In this document: piece by piece, positions 19,583 to 27,560 of the stretch | Layout of the letters: each line of letters starts with the position of its first letter | Numbering within the stretch: position 1 is the first letter of the stretch | NCBI GenBank assembly: GCA_043815885.1 | Contig: JBDRIL010000029.1 | Span: forward strand, 1-64,000 | From: an archaeon | Lineage (GTDB): Archaea; Iainarchaeota; Iainarchaeia; Iainarchaeales; 1-14-0-10-31-34 | Length of the DNA stretch: 64,000 bases | Direction: 5' to 3' | Program-made: the position numbers and the translations under genes | Notes under the pieces: model-generated | The model's database searches: none | Told to the model about the DNA's origin: nothing | The model's input: the letters and a program-made list of their open reading frames with translations, nothing else

Positions 19583-19623
19583 AAGAGTAACTATAAAAAA
19601 TCTAATTAACCAAGATATTTCAG

Positions 19624-19764
19624 GCAGGGATGGCGGAGCGGTTTAACGCACCAGCTTGGAGCCGAACCCTTTTTTCTTTCCCGAAAGAAAAAGGGATAAT
19701 TATTATTGTTTGACAAATAGCTGGCGTCCGAAAGGACTCGGGAGTTCGAATCTCCCTCCCTGCG
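19624..19764 (+). tRNA. tRNA-Ser(GGA) with 57-nt intron at 37/38 (19662..19718)
   Basis: Exons identical to 17774..17969 except positions 32 and 34; relaxed BHB (TTGG/ACAA, one mismatch). Confidence 0.92.
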
Positions 19765-19886
19765 TATCAGAAAAACTACGTTTTTCCGATACCTTTTCCT
19801 TTTCGCCAGCCTTTTAGAAAAAGGCTGTCCGATACCCCCCTTACGGAGGATGCCTTCCTTAAAAAGCAGGCGCGCAAAAAAGTGAG
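19765..19886 (+). repeat. tRNA trailer made of hairpin modules delimited by GATA/GATG, copy 2
   Basis: Shares CTTTTCCTTTTCGCCAGCCTTT.AGAAAAAGGCTGTC and CC.CCCTTACGGA modules with 17970..18091. Confidence 0.7.
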
Positions 19887-19890
19887 AAAA

Positions 19891-20382
19891 ATGAGTGAAT
19901 TGAAGATTAATAGTTTGAAGATAGAGAACCCTGAAACAAACGAAATAATTATCGGGCAAGGAAACTTTACAGTGAAAACAATTGAGGACTTTTATAATGC
20001 ATTGGTTAGCGCTGCCCCGGAAATAGAGTTTGGAGTGGGAATGAATGAAGCAAAGCCAAAGCTGACAAGAGTGAATGGAAACAATAAAGAATTAATTCAG
20101 AGAGCAGGAGAAACCTGCAAGAAGATTGCAGCAGGGCATGTATTCGTTATTTACTTCAAAAAAGCTTTTCCGATTCACGTATTGAATGCAGTTAAAGCAC
20201 TTCCAACAGTTTGCTGCATTTACTGCGCTACATCCAATGAACTGGAATTAATAATGGCAGAAACAGGGCTAGGGAAAAGTGTAATAGGGGTAGTTGATGG
20301 AACAGCAGCAGAAAAAATAGAGAACGAGGAAGAAAAAAAGCATAGAATTGAATTATTGAAGAAGCTGGGTTTCAGGAAATGA
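19891..20382 (+). CDS. DUF355 family (adenosine-specific kinase / AMP-transferase-like) protein
   Basis: IIIGQGNF.VKTIED, FGVGMNEA, AGHVF, AFPI.VLN, IYCATSN, GVVDG. Confidence 0.85.
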   Translation: MSELKINSLKIENPETNEIIIGQGNFTVKTIEDFYNALVSAAPEIEFGVGMNEAKPKLTRVNGNNKELIQRAGETCKKIAAGHVFVIYFKKAFPIHVLNAVKALPTVCCIYCATSNELELIMAETGLGKSVIGVVDGTAAEKIENEEEKKHRIELLKKLGFRK

Positions 20383-20389
20383 ATTCAAT

Positions 20390-20558
20390 GCGGCTATGGT
20401 CTAGTGGCAGGATTCAAGCTTCCCAACAACCGCAAATCGGTTGACGCTTAAAGCGTCAAGGGATTTCGCTTTGCTTCAATCCCTTATTAGGTTTTACATA
20501 AACTTTAAATGCGGTGGAGGAATAGCTTGCGACCCGGGTTCAAATCCCGGTAGCCGCA
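20390..20558 (+). tRNA. tRNA-Gly(CCC) with ~98-nt intron (about 20426..20523)
   Basis: Acceptor GCGGCTA/TAGCCGC-A; anticodon stem CAAGC/GCTTG; TT-CCC-A; BHB non-canonical so splice sites approximate. Confidence 0.88.
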
Positions 20559-20617
20559 TTAGATCAGGATACGTTTATATATTTTTGTATATATACATAT
20601 TTATACAAGTGATTTAA

Positions 20618-20899
20618 ATGGTTTTGACTAAAACTTTGGAGAAAGGAGTTCTGCATTACCCCACTCTTAAAACAGTGTTAGCTGTTGAAGATGTTTTGAA
20701 AAATTCCAAAGGTCTTTTGAACAGAGAAGAGATTAAAGAAAGACTCCCTACAAAAATTCACCATCAGACTCTTAACCTTATTCTTGAATACTTAGAGGAA
20801 AGCGGTAAAATATTTATTGGAAAAAAAGGCATTCTCTGGACCTACAATGAAAGCCCTAAATTCAAAAAGCTCTTGGAAAAAAGCATCCAAGTGAGATGA
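20618..20899 (+). CDS. Small wHTH protein, putative antitoxin
   Basis: PTLKTVL.VE..L, HHQTLNLILEYLEESGKI; overlaps downstream gene by ATGA. Confidence 0.7.
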   Translation: MVLTKTLEKGVLHYPTLKTVLAVEDVLKNSKGLLNREEIKERLPTKIHHQTLNLILEYLEESGKIFIGKKGILWTYNESPKFKKLLEKSIQVR

Positions 20900-21285
20900 T
20901 GGCAAAAGAAAAGTTGAGAAAGGAAATCAAAGTATCTTTTAGTCCAGAATTTGATGAAGAATACAGAAAGTTGTTAAAAGAAGTTGTAGAGGACAGGGAA
21001 AGGGGCATTGAAAATTCATTTAACATTCAGTTGCTAAAAGCAATTGACAGAACAATTAGTTTACTTAAAATACAGTCAGACTATGGAATCCACATTCCAA
21101 AAAACAGGATTCCAAGAGAATTTACTGAGAAATATGGAATCAACAACCTGTGGAAAGTAGACCTTCCAAGCTCTTGGAGGTTGTGCTATACATTGAAAAC
21201 CAGTAGAATAGAAATACTAACCATTCTCTTAGAATTCATAAACCATAAGAGATACAATAAATTGTTTGGATACAAAAAGAAATAA
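20896..21285 (+). CDS. RelE/ParE-like toxin (putative)
   Basis: Basic protein with YGINNLWKVDLPSSWRLCYTL...HKRYNKLFGY, RelE-like pattern; paired with upstream small HTH gene. Confidence 0.65.
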   Translation: MMAKEKLRKEIKVSFSPEFDEEYRKLLKEVVEDRERGIENSFNIQLLKAIDRTISLLKIQSDYGIHIPKNRIPREFTEKYGINNLWKVDLPSSWRLCYTLKTSRIEILTILLEFINHKRYNKLFGYKKK

Positions 21286-21313
21286 GTCCGCGTCCCGGTA
21301 GCCGCATTAAAAA

Positions 21314-22372
21314 TCACTGGCCATTGGCTTCCAATTCAATGATTTCGTTTATTTTTTGGAGAATGCATTTGTTTCCGGGATTTATTTCGGATTCCATTAA
21401 TTTTTGCCTGTAGGATTCTTCTTTTTCAAAGAATTCTTCTAGGGAAGAAATGGAATGAGTTTCTTGCACTGAACCAAAACCGAGTTTTTGAATCATTGAG
21501 CCATTATAGTATCTTTCGGAGAAGGCCTTTGAACTGCACACGTAAAGAGGTTTTTTCAGGAAAACTGATTCTGCGAGAGTGCTTTGACCTCCATGGGTTA
21601 GAACTGCACTGCATTCCAGCAGGTCTTTTTCGAATTCTTTTTCACTCATTCCCTTGAATACAAGATTGCCGGAATTAATTTCTTTTTCTGTCCCGTAAAT
21701 AATGAATTTCTTTTCAGGGAATCTATTAAGGAGCGGGAGAAGGGCAGTTAATTCCTCTTCCATAAAATACACTACGTAATAGTCTTTTTTCTTTGGATTG
21801 TTTTTAAAGAAGTAATTTCTTACAATTGGATTAAAGAAGAAATCATTTTTATTGCAGGAGGAAGGATGAATAAAGGAAGTGATGAGGAAGTAATCTGATT
21901 CAATGAATGCATTAATAATCGGTTTATCGAGAATGTGGAAGGTTATCTTTTGATTGAAATTCATTGGAAATTTGATGTAATTCATTGAGTGCATTACTGA
22001 AAGGGTTACTACTGGCAGCCTGAATAATTTTCCTATGTAAACCCCGTTTACATCGAAATCAGAGACAATTAAATCAGGCTTGAATTTTCGGACTAATTTA
22101 ATTAATTTCACCATATTGGAGGCAGCAATATAGGGGACTTTTGGAACATTGTAGGCAAAGGTCCTGAACCGCTTAAGCCTTCCATTCCTGTAAACCAGAT
22201 TAAACCAGTTAATTTTTTCATTGTAATGGAATTTCTTCTGGAGGTAATCATGCGCTTCCCCGGAAGAAACAACAAATACCTTGTGTTCCTTTATTAATCC
22301 CTCTATTAATTGGCTGCTTCTTGTAGCATGACCTAAACCAACACCGCATACAGTGAACAAAATTCTAGCCAT
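21314..22372 (-). CDS. GT-B glycosyltransferase (MJ1255/GT28-like)
   Basis: GVGLGHATRS, PDLIVSDFD, THGGQSTLAES. Confidence 0.88.
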   Translation of the reverse strand: MARILFTVCGVGLGHATRSSQLIEGLIKEHKVFVVSSGEAHDYLQKKFHYNEKINWFNLVYRNGRLKRFRTFAYNVPKVPYIAASNMVKLIKLVRKFKPDLIVSDFDVNGVYIGKLFRLPVVTLSVMHSMNYIKFPMNFNQKITFHILDKPIINAFIESDYFLITSFIHPSSCNKNDFFFNPIVRNYFFKNNPKKKDYYVVYFMEEELTALLPLLNRFPEKKFIIYGTEKEINSGNLVFKGMSEKEFEKDLLECSAVLTHGGQSTLAESVFLKKPLYVCSSKAFSERYYNGSMIQKLGFGSVQETHSISSLEEFFEKEESYRQKLMESEINPGNKCILQKINEIIELEANGQ

Positions 22373-22379
22373 TTCTTTA

Positions 22380-23198
22380 TCACTTAATTAATTCATTCAA
22401 TACATTAAATGGAGCAGTGAACTGGACTGAGGAAGGGTTAATCATTACTTTTACATTGGAAAAATAAATGGTTAAAGGAGTGAAAGAAGTCTTTGATCTT
22501 TCTTCAATCAAATAAATTAATTTGTCTGCTGACTTAAACGGAAGAGAAAGGTTGTTGGCTTTTGGATTTAAATTGAATTCGCTTGCTGTCTTCTCCAGGA
22601 ATTCTTTATCGCTTGATTCAAGCAGGAACTCCTCAATATTCATTTTTTCTGCAATCAATTTAATCTTTTTAAGGTTATCACTGTTAAACTCTAAGTTCAA
22701 TGAATCATTGAAGCTAAGCTCCTTCAATGATTGGAGTTGCTCGGAAAAAACCTTATTCAGGTAATTCAAGTGCTTTATCCTCTTATCCAGTTTTGTCTTC
22801 AATAAATCAAGTTCAGAAAGAGAAAATTCAGCTGAATTTCTCGCCAGCTTCAGTAAATCATTGTCATTCTTTGACCTCTCAATCAGTATCTGCATTTTTT
22901 CCACTATTGAAGGGATTTCCTCCACGCTTGACTTGGATTGAATTAACTGATTCAATTTAATCACCAGCTTGTTCTTCATTTCACGGTTTATTTCTGAAGT
23001 GCCTTTATCAGTAATAAAAAAATTGTTTTCCCTTCTGTTCACTAAACCAAAAGAAGTTGCTTCCTTCAGGAACCTTGAAAGAGTGGCGCGGGCAGAATTA
23101 ACTGAATTATACCCAGATGCAATCTTTCCAAGCAAGGCATTATAGGAGATGCCCTGATTCTGCTTGATTATTAACAAAATTGAATTTTTAGTGGTCAC
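22380..23198 (-). CDS. Hypothetical protein with N-terminal winged helix
   Basis: ILLIIKQNQGISYNALL...SARATLSRFLK...GLV...FFITDKG. Confidence 0.6.
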   Translation of the reverse strand: MTTKNSILLIIKQNQGISYNALLGKIASGYNSVNSARATLSRFLKEATSFGLVNRRENNFFITDKGTSEINREMKNKLVIKLNQLIQSKSSVEEIPSIVEKMQILIERSKNDNDLLKLARNSAEFSLSELDLLKTKLDKRIKHLNYLNKVFSEQLQSLKELSFNDSLNLEFNSDNLKKIKLIAEKMNIEEFLLESSDKEFLEKTASEFNLNPKANNLSLPFKSADKLIYLIEERSKTSFTPLTIYFSNVKVMINPSSVQFTAPFNVLNELIK

Positions 23199-23237
23199 TG
23201 TTAATAAGGAAGTATTTAAATAATAAAAACCTTTCTT

Positions 23238-23792
23238 TTAGGGCAACCAAGAATTATTTTTCCTGTAAAAAATTATTAAAGAAACAGCCAATAATACAAT
23301 CAACAAAGATAAATGATTTGCTTCAGGAAAGCCTGGAGTTCTCTTCACTGCATTAGTCCAGATGGTTTTTCTTGAATTATCATACAAATGCTCTTCTGTT
23401 ATGCCTTCTGATTCATCCAAGTAAGCTTCAGCTACAACGTAATAATTTTCGATTTCATCCAACTCAAAAGTCAATACAGTCTTATCAAATACATGAGTTT
23501 TTTCTAATGTTGCTCCTGCTCCAATAAGTTCTGCATCAAAAGATTCTTCAAATTCCTCCCCGCCAATAGGAAAACCTTTTTTATCAGCAATATAGAAATT
23601 CACGTCAACCAATCTTTCAACCGCATCGTAATTCCTTATATATGCAGTCGCAGACAGAGACGAATCTGGGCCTCTGACAGACGGATCAACTACAACCTTC
23701 TTCACTGCAATAACATTGCCTGCAGGCGCATCGCTATTGACGAAACCAATAACTGCAAATAAAATTAAAAATAAAATTATTATTTTTTTCAT
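23238..23792 (-). CDS. Small secreted protein consisting of the shared Ig-like domain and sorting tail
   Basis: Signal peptide MKKIIILF; NYYVVAEA...EEHLYDNSRK.IWTNAVKR; FPEANHL-TM-RK. Confidence 0.75.
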   Translation of the reverse strand: MKKIIILFLILFAVIGFVNSDAPAGNVIAVKKVVVDPSVRGPDSSLSATAYIRNYDAVERLVDVNFYIADKKGFPIGGEEFEESFDAELIGAGATLEKTHVFDKTVLTFELDEIENYYVVAEAYLDESEGITEEHLYDNSRKTIWTNAVKRTPGFPEANHLSLLIVLLAVSLIIFYRKNNSWLP

Positions 23793-23954
23793 TTCTTTTC
23801 CTGCCAAGCTCAATTAATATTTCCCATTATAAAAAAGCCCGTTTTAGTTATTAATTCTTTCGATTTTATAATAATTTTTAAACACAAGGCAGTTTTTTGC
23901 GAAAGAAATAAAAACCTAAATTGCCTTTTAAGTACTAATAAAGGAAATGATAGT

Positions 23955-24758
23955 ATGATTGCACCTTTGCTGAATTCAATTAAATTAATGGTTTCAAAGC
24001 CATTCTTTATAGTCATAGCCTTAATTGTTGCACTGATAAACAGCTTTGTATTGTTTTTTTTCCAGGAAACATTATTCGAGTTCATCCTTTCATTAATGGA
24101 TGTGAATGCCTTTCCAACCAATAACCTGTTAATACTTCCATTCCAGCTTGTTTCAATTTACTTCAATGAATTACTGATACTGTTGCTTGTATTGTTTGTA
24201 TCAGTATTATTGAATGTATTTCTTTTCTTTGCTTTCGCGGATTACGTTGGAGGAATCAAAAAAAAGAAGGCTTCTTTCGGGGCTTCACTTGGGTATGCAA
24301 TCAAGAGCCTTTTTGAACAAATAAAGTTAGTGGTGTTTTTTGTTGTTCTTGTTGCCTTTGGTTTCCTTGTGCTTTGGATGTTTTTTTTACTCAGTGTCTA
24401 CACTGTTTTTGGCGGGATACTGCTGATTATAGCAATGCTGTTATGCATCTATCTGGTAATAAAATTCATTTTCACTCCGGCAATAATGGCAACAGAAAAA
24501 ATAAAGTTAAAGGAATCATTGAAGAAAAGCTATGAGTTTTCAGGCAAGCATTTCTTTGAAATAATTCTCCTGCTAATCGTTTTATTCATAGTAAATGCAT
24601 TAGTAGAAGTAGGAATAGGATACTACATAGTTTTAGCGCAACCGGAAGAAAACTTTTTTCTGGTAATAGACTTCATCATTACACTGCTGTTAACAGCCTA
24701 CTTTACCCTTTTGTTCCCTGTCTACTATCAATTGAGAGAAAAGAATGCAGGCCTCTGA
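23955..24758 (+). CDS. Multi-pass membrane protein of unknown function
   Basis: About 6 hydrophobic segments; ESLKKSYEF pattern. Confidence 0.7.
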   Translation: MIAPLLNSIKLMVSKPFFIVIALIVALINSFVLFFFQETLFEFILSLMDVNAFPTNNLLILPFQLVSIYFNELLILLLVLFVSVLLNVFLFFAFADYVGGIKKKKASFGASLGYAIKSLFEQIKLVVFFVVLVAFGFLVLWMFFLLSVYTVFGGILLIIAMLLCIYLVIKFIFTPAIMATEKIKLKESLKKSYEFSGKHFFEIILLLIVLFIVNALVEVGIGYYIVLAQPEENFFLVIDFIITLLLTAYFTLLFPVYYQLREKNAGL

Positions 24759-24772
24759 AAGAGTGAAAATAA

Positions 24773-27559
24773 ATGATTAAGATTTCAAAGCTGAGGTTAA
24801 AGAATTTCAAGTCATTTACTAAAGCAACAATCCCTTTTTCAAGGGGCTTTACAGCTATTGCCGGAAGCAATGGGTCAGGGAAATCCAATATCCTTGACGC
24901 ATTAATGTTTGTATTGGGGATTACCTCCCTCAAAATGCTTCGGGCATCAAAACTCACTGATTTAGTCAATCATTACAGCAAGGACAGCTATGCATTAGTG
25001 GAAATGGATTTAGCTGGAGAAGACAAGAATTACGTTATCTCCAGGGAAGTGGACAGAGAGGGAAAGAGCGTATTCAGGATGGAGGGAAAGAGAAGCAGTC
25101 TGGGAGAAATCACTTCACTCTTGAAGGAATTAGGAATTAAGGCAGACGGATACAATATCGTGGTCCAGGGAGACGTTACAAGAATCATTGAAATGAATGC
25201 CGTTCAGAGAAGGGAAATCATTGATGAATTAGCTGGAATAAGGGAATTCGATGAAAAAAAAGAGGAAGCAATAAAGGAATTAGACAAAGTGGACAGAAAG
25301 ATAAGAGAGGTAATGATTGTATTAAAGGAAAGAGAAACCTACCTGAATGAATTGCAGAGGGAAAGGGAAGCAGCATTAGAGTACCAGAACCTGAGCGGAG
25401 AGTTAAAGAAAACCAAAGCAACAATCGTGGAAAAAGAAATCGGGAAAATAAAAAAAGAAATAAATGAATTCAACCAAAAAAAAGAGAAACTGAATGCTGA
25501 AAGGAATTCCATTGAAAAAAAATTATCCGAAATGAAATCAAGGGAAGAGGAAACCAGGAAAAAAGTAGAGGAACTGAATGAAAAGATTCTTTCAGCAAAC
25601 CAGAAAACCTATGCAGGAATAGGGATTGATTTAGAGGAAGTTAAATCAGACAAGAGACTGGCAGAAGAGAAGATTAATTCAAAGAAAGAGCACATCAACG
25701 TAATGAGCAACAGGATAAATTCACTGAATGAAAAGAAAGAAGTAATCAGGGAAAAAGAAAAAGAATCAAAGAAGAGACTGCAGGAATTAAGGGAAGAAAA
25801 AAAGGAAGCAGAGAAATCACTTGAAGAAACAGAGAAGTCCGCCGGAATAAAAGCAAATTTCACTGAATTAAGGGCATCCCTAAACAGGGCAGAAAAGGGG
25901 CTGGATGAATGCCTGAATGAATTAAATGAAGGAAAGGAATCCTTCTACCAGAGGAAATCTGAAATAGGCTCCTTGGCAAAAGAAATCGGGAATGCAGAAA
26001 AAATCCTGGAAGAATTAAAGGAAAACAAGGCAGCAAAGGAATTAAAGGAAAAAAGCGAAAAAATAAAGAAAGCAATAAAGAAAATGAATGAAGTCGAAGA
26101 AGAAATAAAAAAACTGAATAAAAAAATCAATTCAAAGGAACTGAATGAAAGAATCAAGGAATTAAGGCAGGCAAGGGAAAGAATACTGAAAGAAATGAGC
26201 GAAGTAATTGATCTGGCAAGAGAGGCCGGAGGAATGAGAAAAGAGGAAACAGTGGAGGCAGAGAAAAAGAAAAGCCAAAAGGAATTAAAGAAATCAGAAG
26301 AAGCAAGGGAAGCATTGAACAATACGATTAAGAAACTAGAGAAAGAAAAAGGGAAACTGGAAGAAGAAACAAAGAAATTAAGGAATGTATTGATGGAGGA
26401 AAACGAGGCAATAGAGGGACTGAATGAATTAAGGAACAAATTAAAGGAAATTTCCTTGAATGAGGATTCAATTGAGAATTCATTGAAAGATAAAAAGAAT
26501 TCAGTAAGTGAAATAGAGAAAGAAATAGAGGAATCAATGAAGGAAGTTGATTCACTGGAAGAAGGAATAAAGAAGGAAGAAAAAAGAACTGAGGAATTAA
26601 ACAAAAGAATAAGGGAACTGAATATTGAACTGGAAAAACAAAGCCAGGAAAGCAAGCATTTTTATGAAGACAAGGAAAGAGAACAAAAGAGCCTTGAATC
26701 AATAAATGAAAGAATAACAATATATGAAGAAAAAATAGGTAAACTGGGAAAGGAAGAAAATGTGCTGGAAATAGAGAACTCAAAGAACGAAGTAAGGATA
26801 ACTGACTTGGAAGAAGAGAAAAAGGAGTTTGAAGGAATTGAATTATTGGAAGGAGTTGAATTAGCTGAATTAAAGCAATCCCTTCCTGAAATAGAGAAAA
26901 ACATAACCAAGCTTGGAGCAATAAACATGAAGGCAATTGATTCCTTTAATGTGTTTGCCGAAGAATTACTTGAAATAAAGAATAAGGCAGAGAAATTAGA
27001 GCAGGAAAGGATTGCAGTGCTTGAAATGATTGACAAGATTGAAGTAAAAAGAATCAATGTCTTTAATGAATGCTTTAATCAAATAAATTCAAACTTCAAT
27101 AAAATGTATTTCTCCCTGGCTGAAGGAGAGGGAAAGCTGAAGTTAAGTGATGAAAATAATCCATTGGATTCAGGATTGCTTATTGAAGCAAGGCATGTAG
27201 CAGAAAAAGTGAAGGGAATTGATTCCATGAGCGGGGGAGAAAAAAGTTTAACTGCATTAGCCTTTTTGTTTGCAATCCAGCTCTACCAGCCTGCCCCGTT
27301 TTATTTCTTTGATGAATCCGATGCAGCACTGGATAAACCGAATTCAATAAAGATGGCCAGAATGATTAAAGAAATATGCAGGAAAAACCAGTTTATCGCC
27401 ATTACTCACAATGACACACTCATAAAGGAATCCGACCAAATAATTGGTGTAGCCTTAAACGAACAAAAAAGCTCGGTAATAGGATTAAAGCTAAAGGAAG
27501 AAATAGAAAAAGAATTAAAAGAAACAAAAACAGAAGAAATAAAGGAAACAATAAATTAA
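24773..27559 (+). CDS. smc: SMC chromosome partition ATPase, short (928 aa), no recognisable hinge
   Basis: NFKSF, GSNGSGKSN, QGDV, LGAINMKA, MSGGEKSL, FDESDAALD, ITHN; long coiled coils. Confidence 0.88.
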   Translation: MIKISKLRLKNFKSFTKATIPFSRGFTAIAGSNGSGKSNILDALMFVLGITSLKMLRASKLTDLVNHYSKDSYALVEMDLAGEDKNYVISREVDREGKSVFRMEGKRSSLGEITSLLKELGIKADGYNIVVQGDVTRIIEMNAVQRREIIDELAGIREFDEKKEEAIKELDKVDRKIREVMIVLKERETYLNELQREREAALEYQNLSGELKKTKATIVEKEIGKIKKEINEFNQKKEKLNAERNSIEKKLSEMKSREEETRKKVEELNEKILSANQKTYAGIGIDLEEVKSDKRLAEEKINSKKEHINVMSNRINSLNEKKEVIREKEKESKKRLQELREEKKEAEKSLEETEKSAGIKANFTELRASLNRAEKGLDECLNELNEGKESFYQRKSEIGSLAKEIGNAEKILEELKENKAAKELKEKSEKIKKAIKKMNEVEEEIKKLNKKINSKELNERIKELRQARERILKEMSEVIDLAREAGGMRKEETVEAEKKKSQKELKKSEEAREALNNTIKKLEKEKGKLEEETKKLRNVLMEENEAIEGLNELRNKLKEISLNEDSIENSLKDKKNSVSEIEKEIEESMKEVDSLEEGIKKEEKRTEELNKRIRELNIELEKQSQESKHFYEDKEREQKSLESINERITIYEEKIGKLGKEENVLEIENSKNEVRITDLEEEKKEFEGIELLEGVELAELKQSLPEIEKNITKLGAINMKAIDSFNVFAEELLEIKNKAEKLEQERIAVLEMIDKIEVKRINVFNECFNQINSNFNKMYFSLAEGEGKLKLSDENNPLDSGLLIEARHVAEKVKGIDSMSGGEKSLTALAFLFAIQLYQPAPFYFFDESDAALDKPNSIKMARMIKEICRKNQFIAITHNDTLIKESDQIIGVALNEQKSSVIGLKLKEEIEKELKETKTEEIKETIN

Positions 27560-27560
27560 T

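Larger units (their letters stand above)
20545..21309 (+). mobile_element. Integrase-less mini-island bounded by 17-bp direct repeats of the tRNA-Gly 3' end
   Basis: TCCCGGTAGCCGCATTA at 20545..20561 and 21293..21309 flanks a two-gene operon. Confidence 0.8.

Noticed and set aside
17774..19772. The two tRNA-Ser genes as attL/attR of an integrated island
   Set aside because: Both are complete genes with different anticodons, cargo is housekeeping-like and there is no integrase; duplication or conversion fits better
19606..19959. 117-aa minus-strand ORF
   Set aside because: Antisense shadow of tRNA-Ser(GGA) (RREGDSNSR is a typical tRNA antisense translation)
25218..27057. Long Phe/Ser/Leu-rich antisense ORFs here and opposite P0, HerA, ftsZ and pyr genes
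   Set aside because: Expected shadows of GAA/AAA-rich coding strands; no SD or domain motifs
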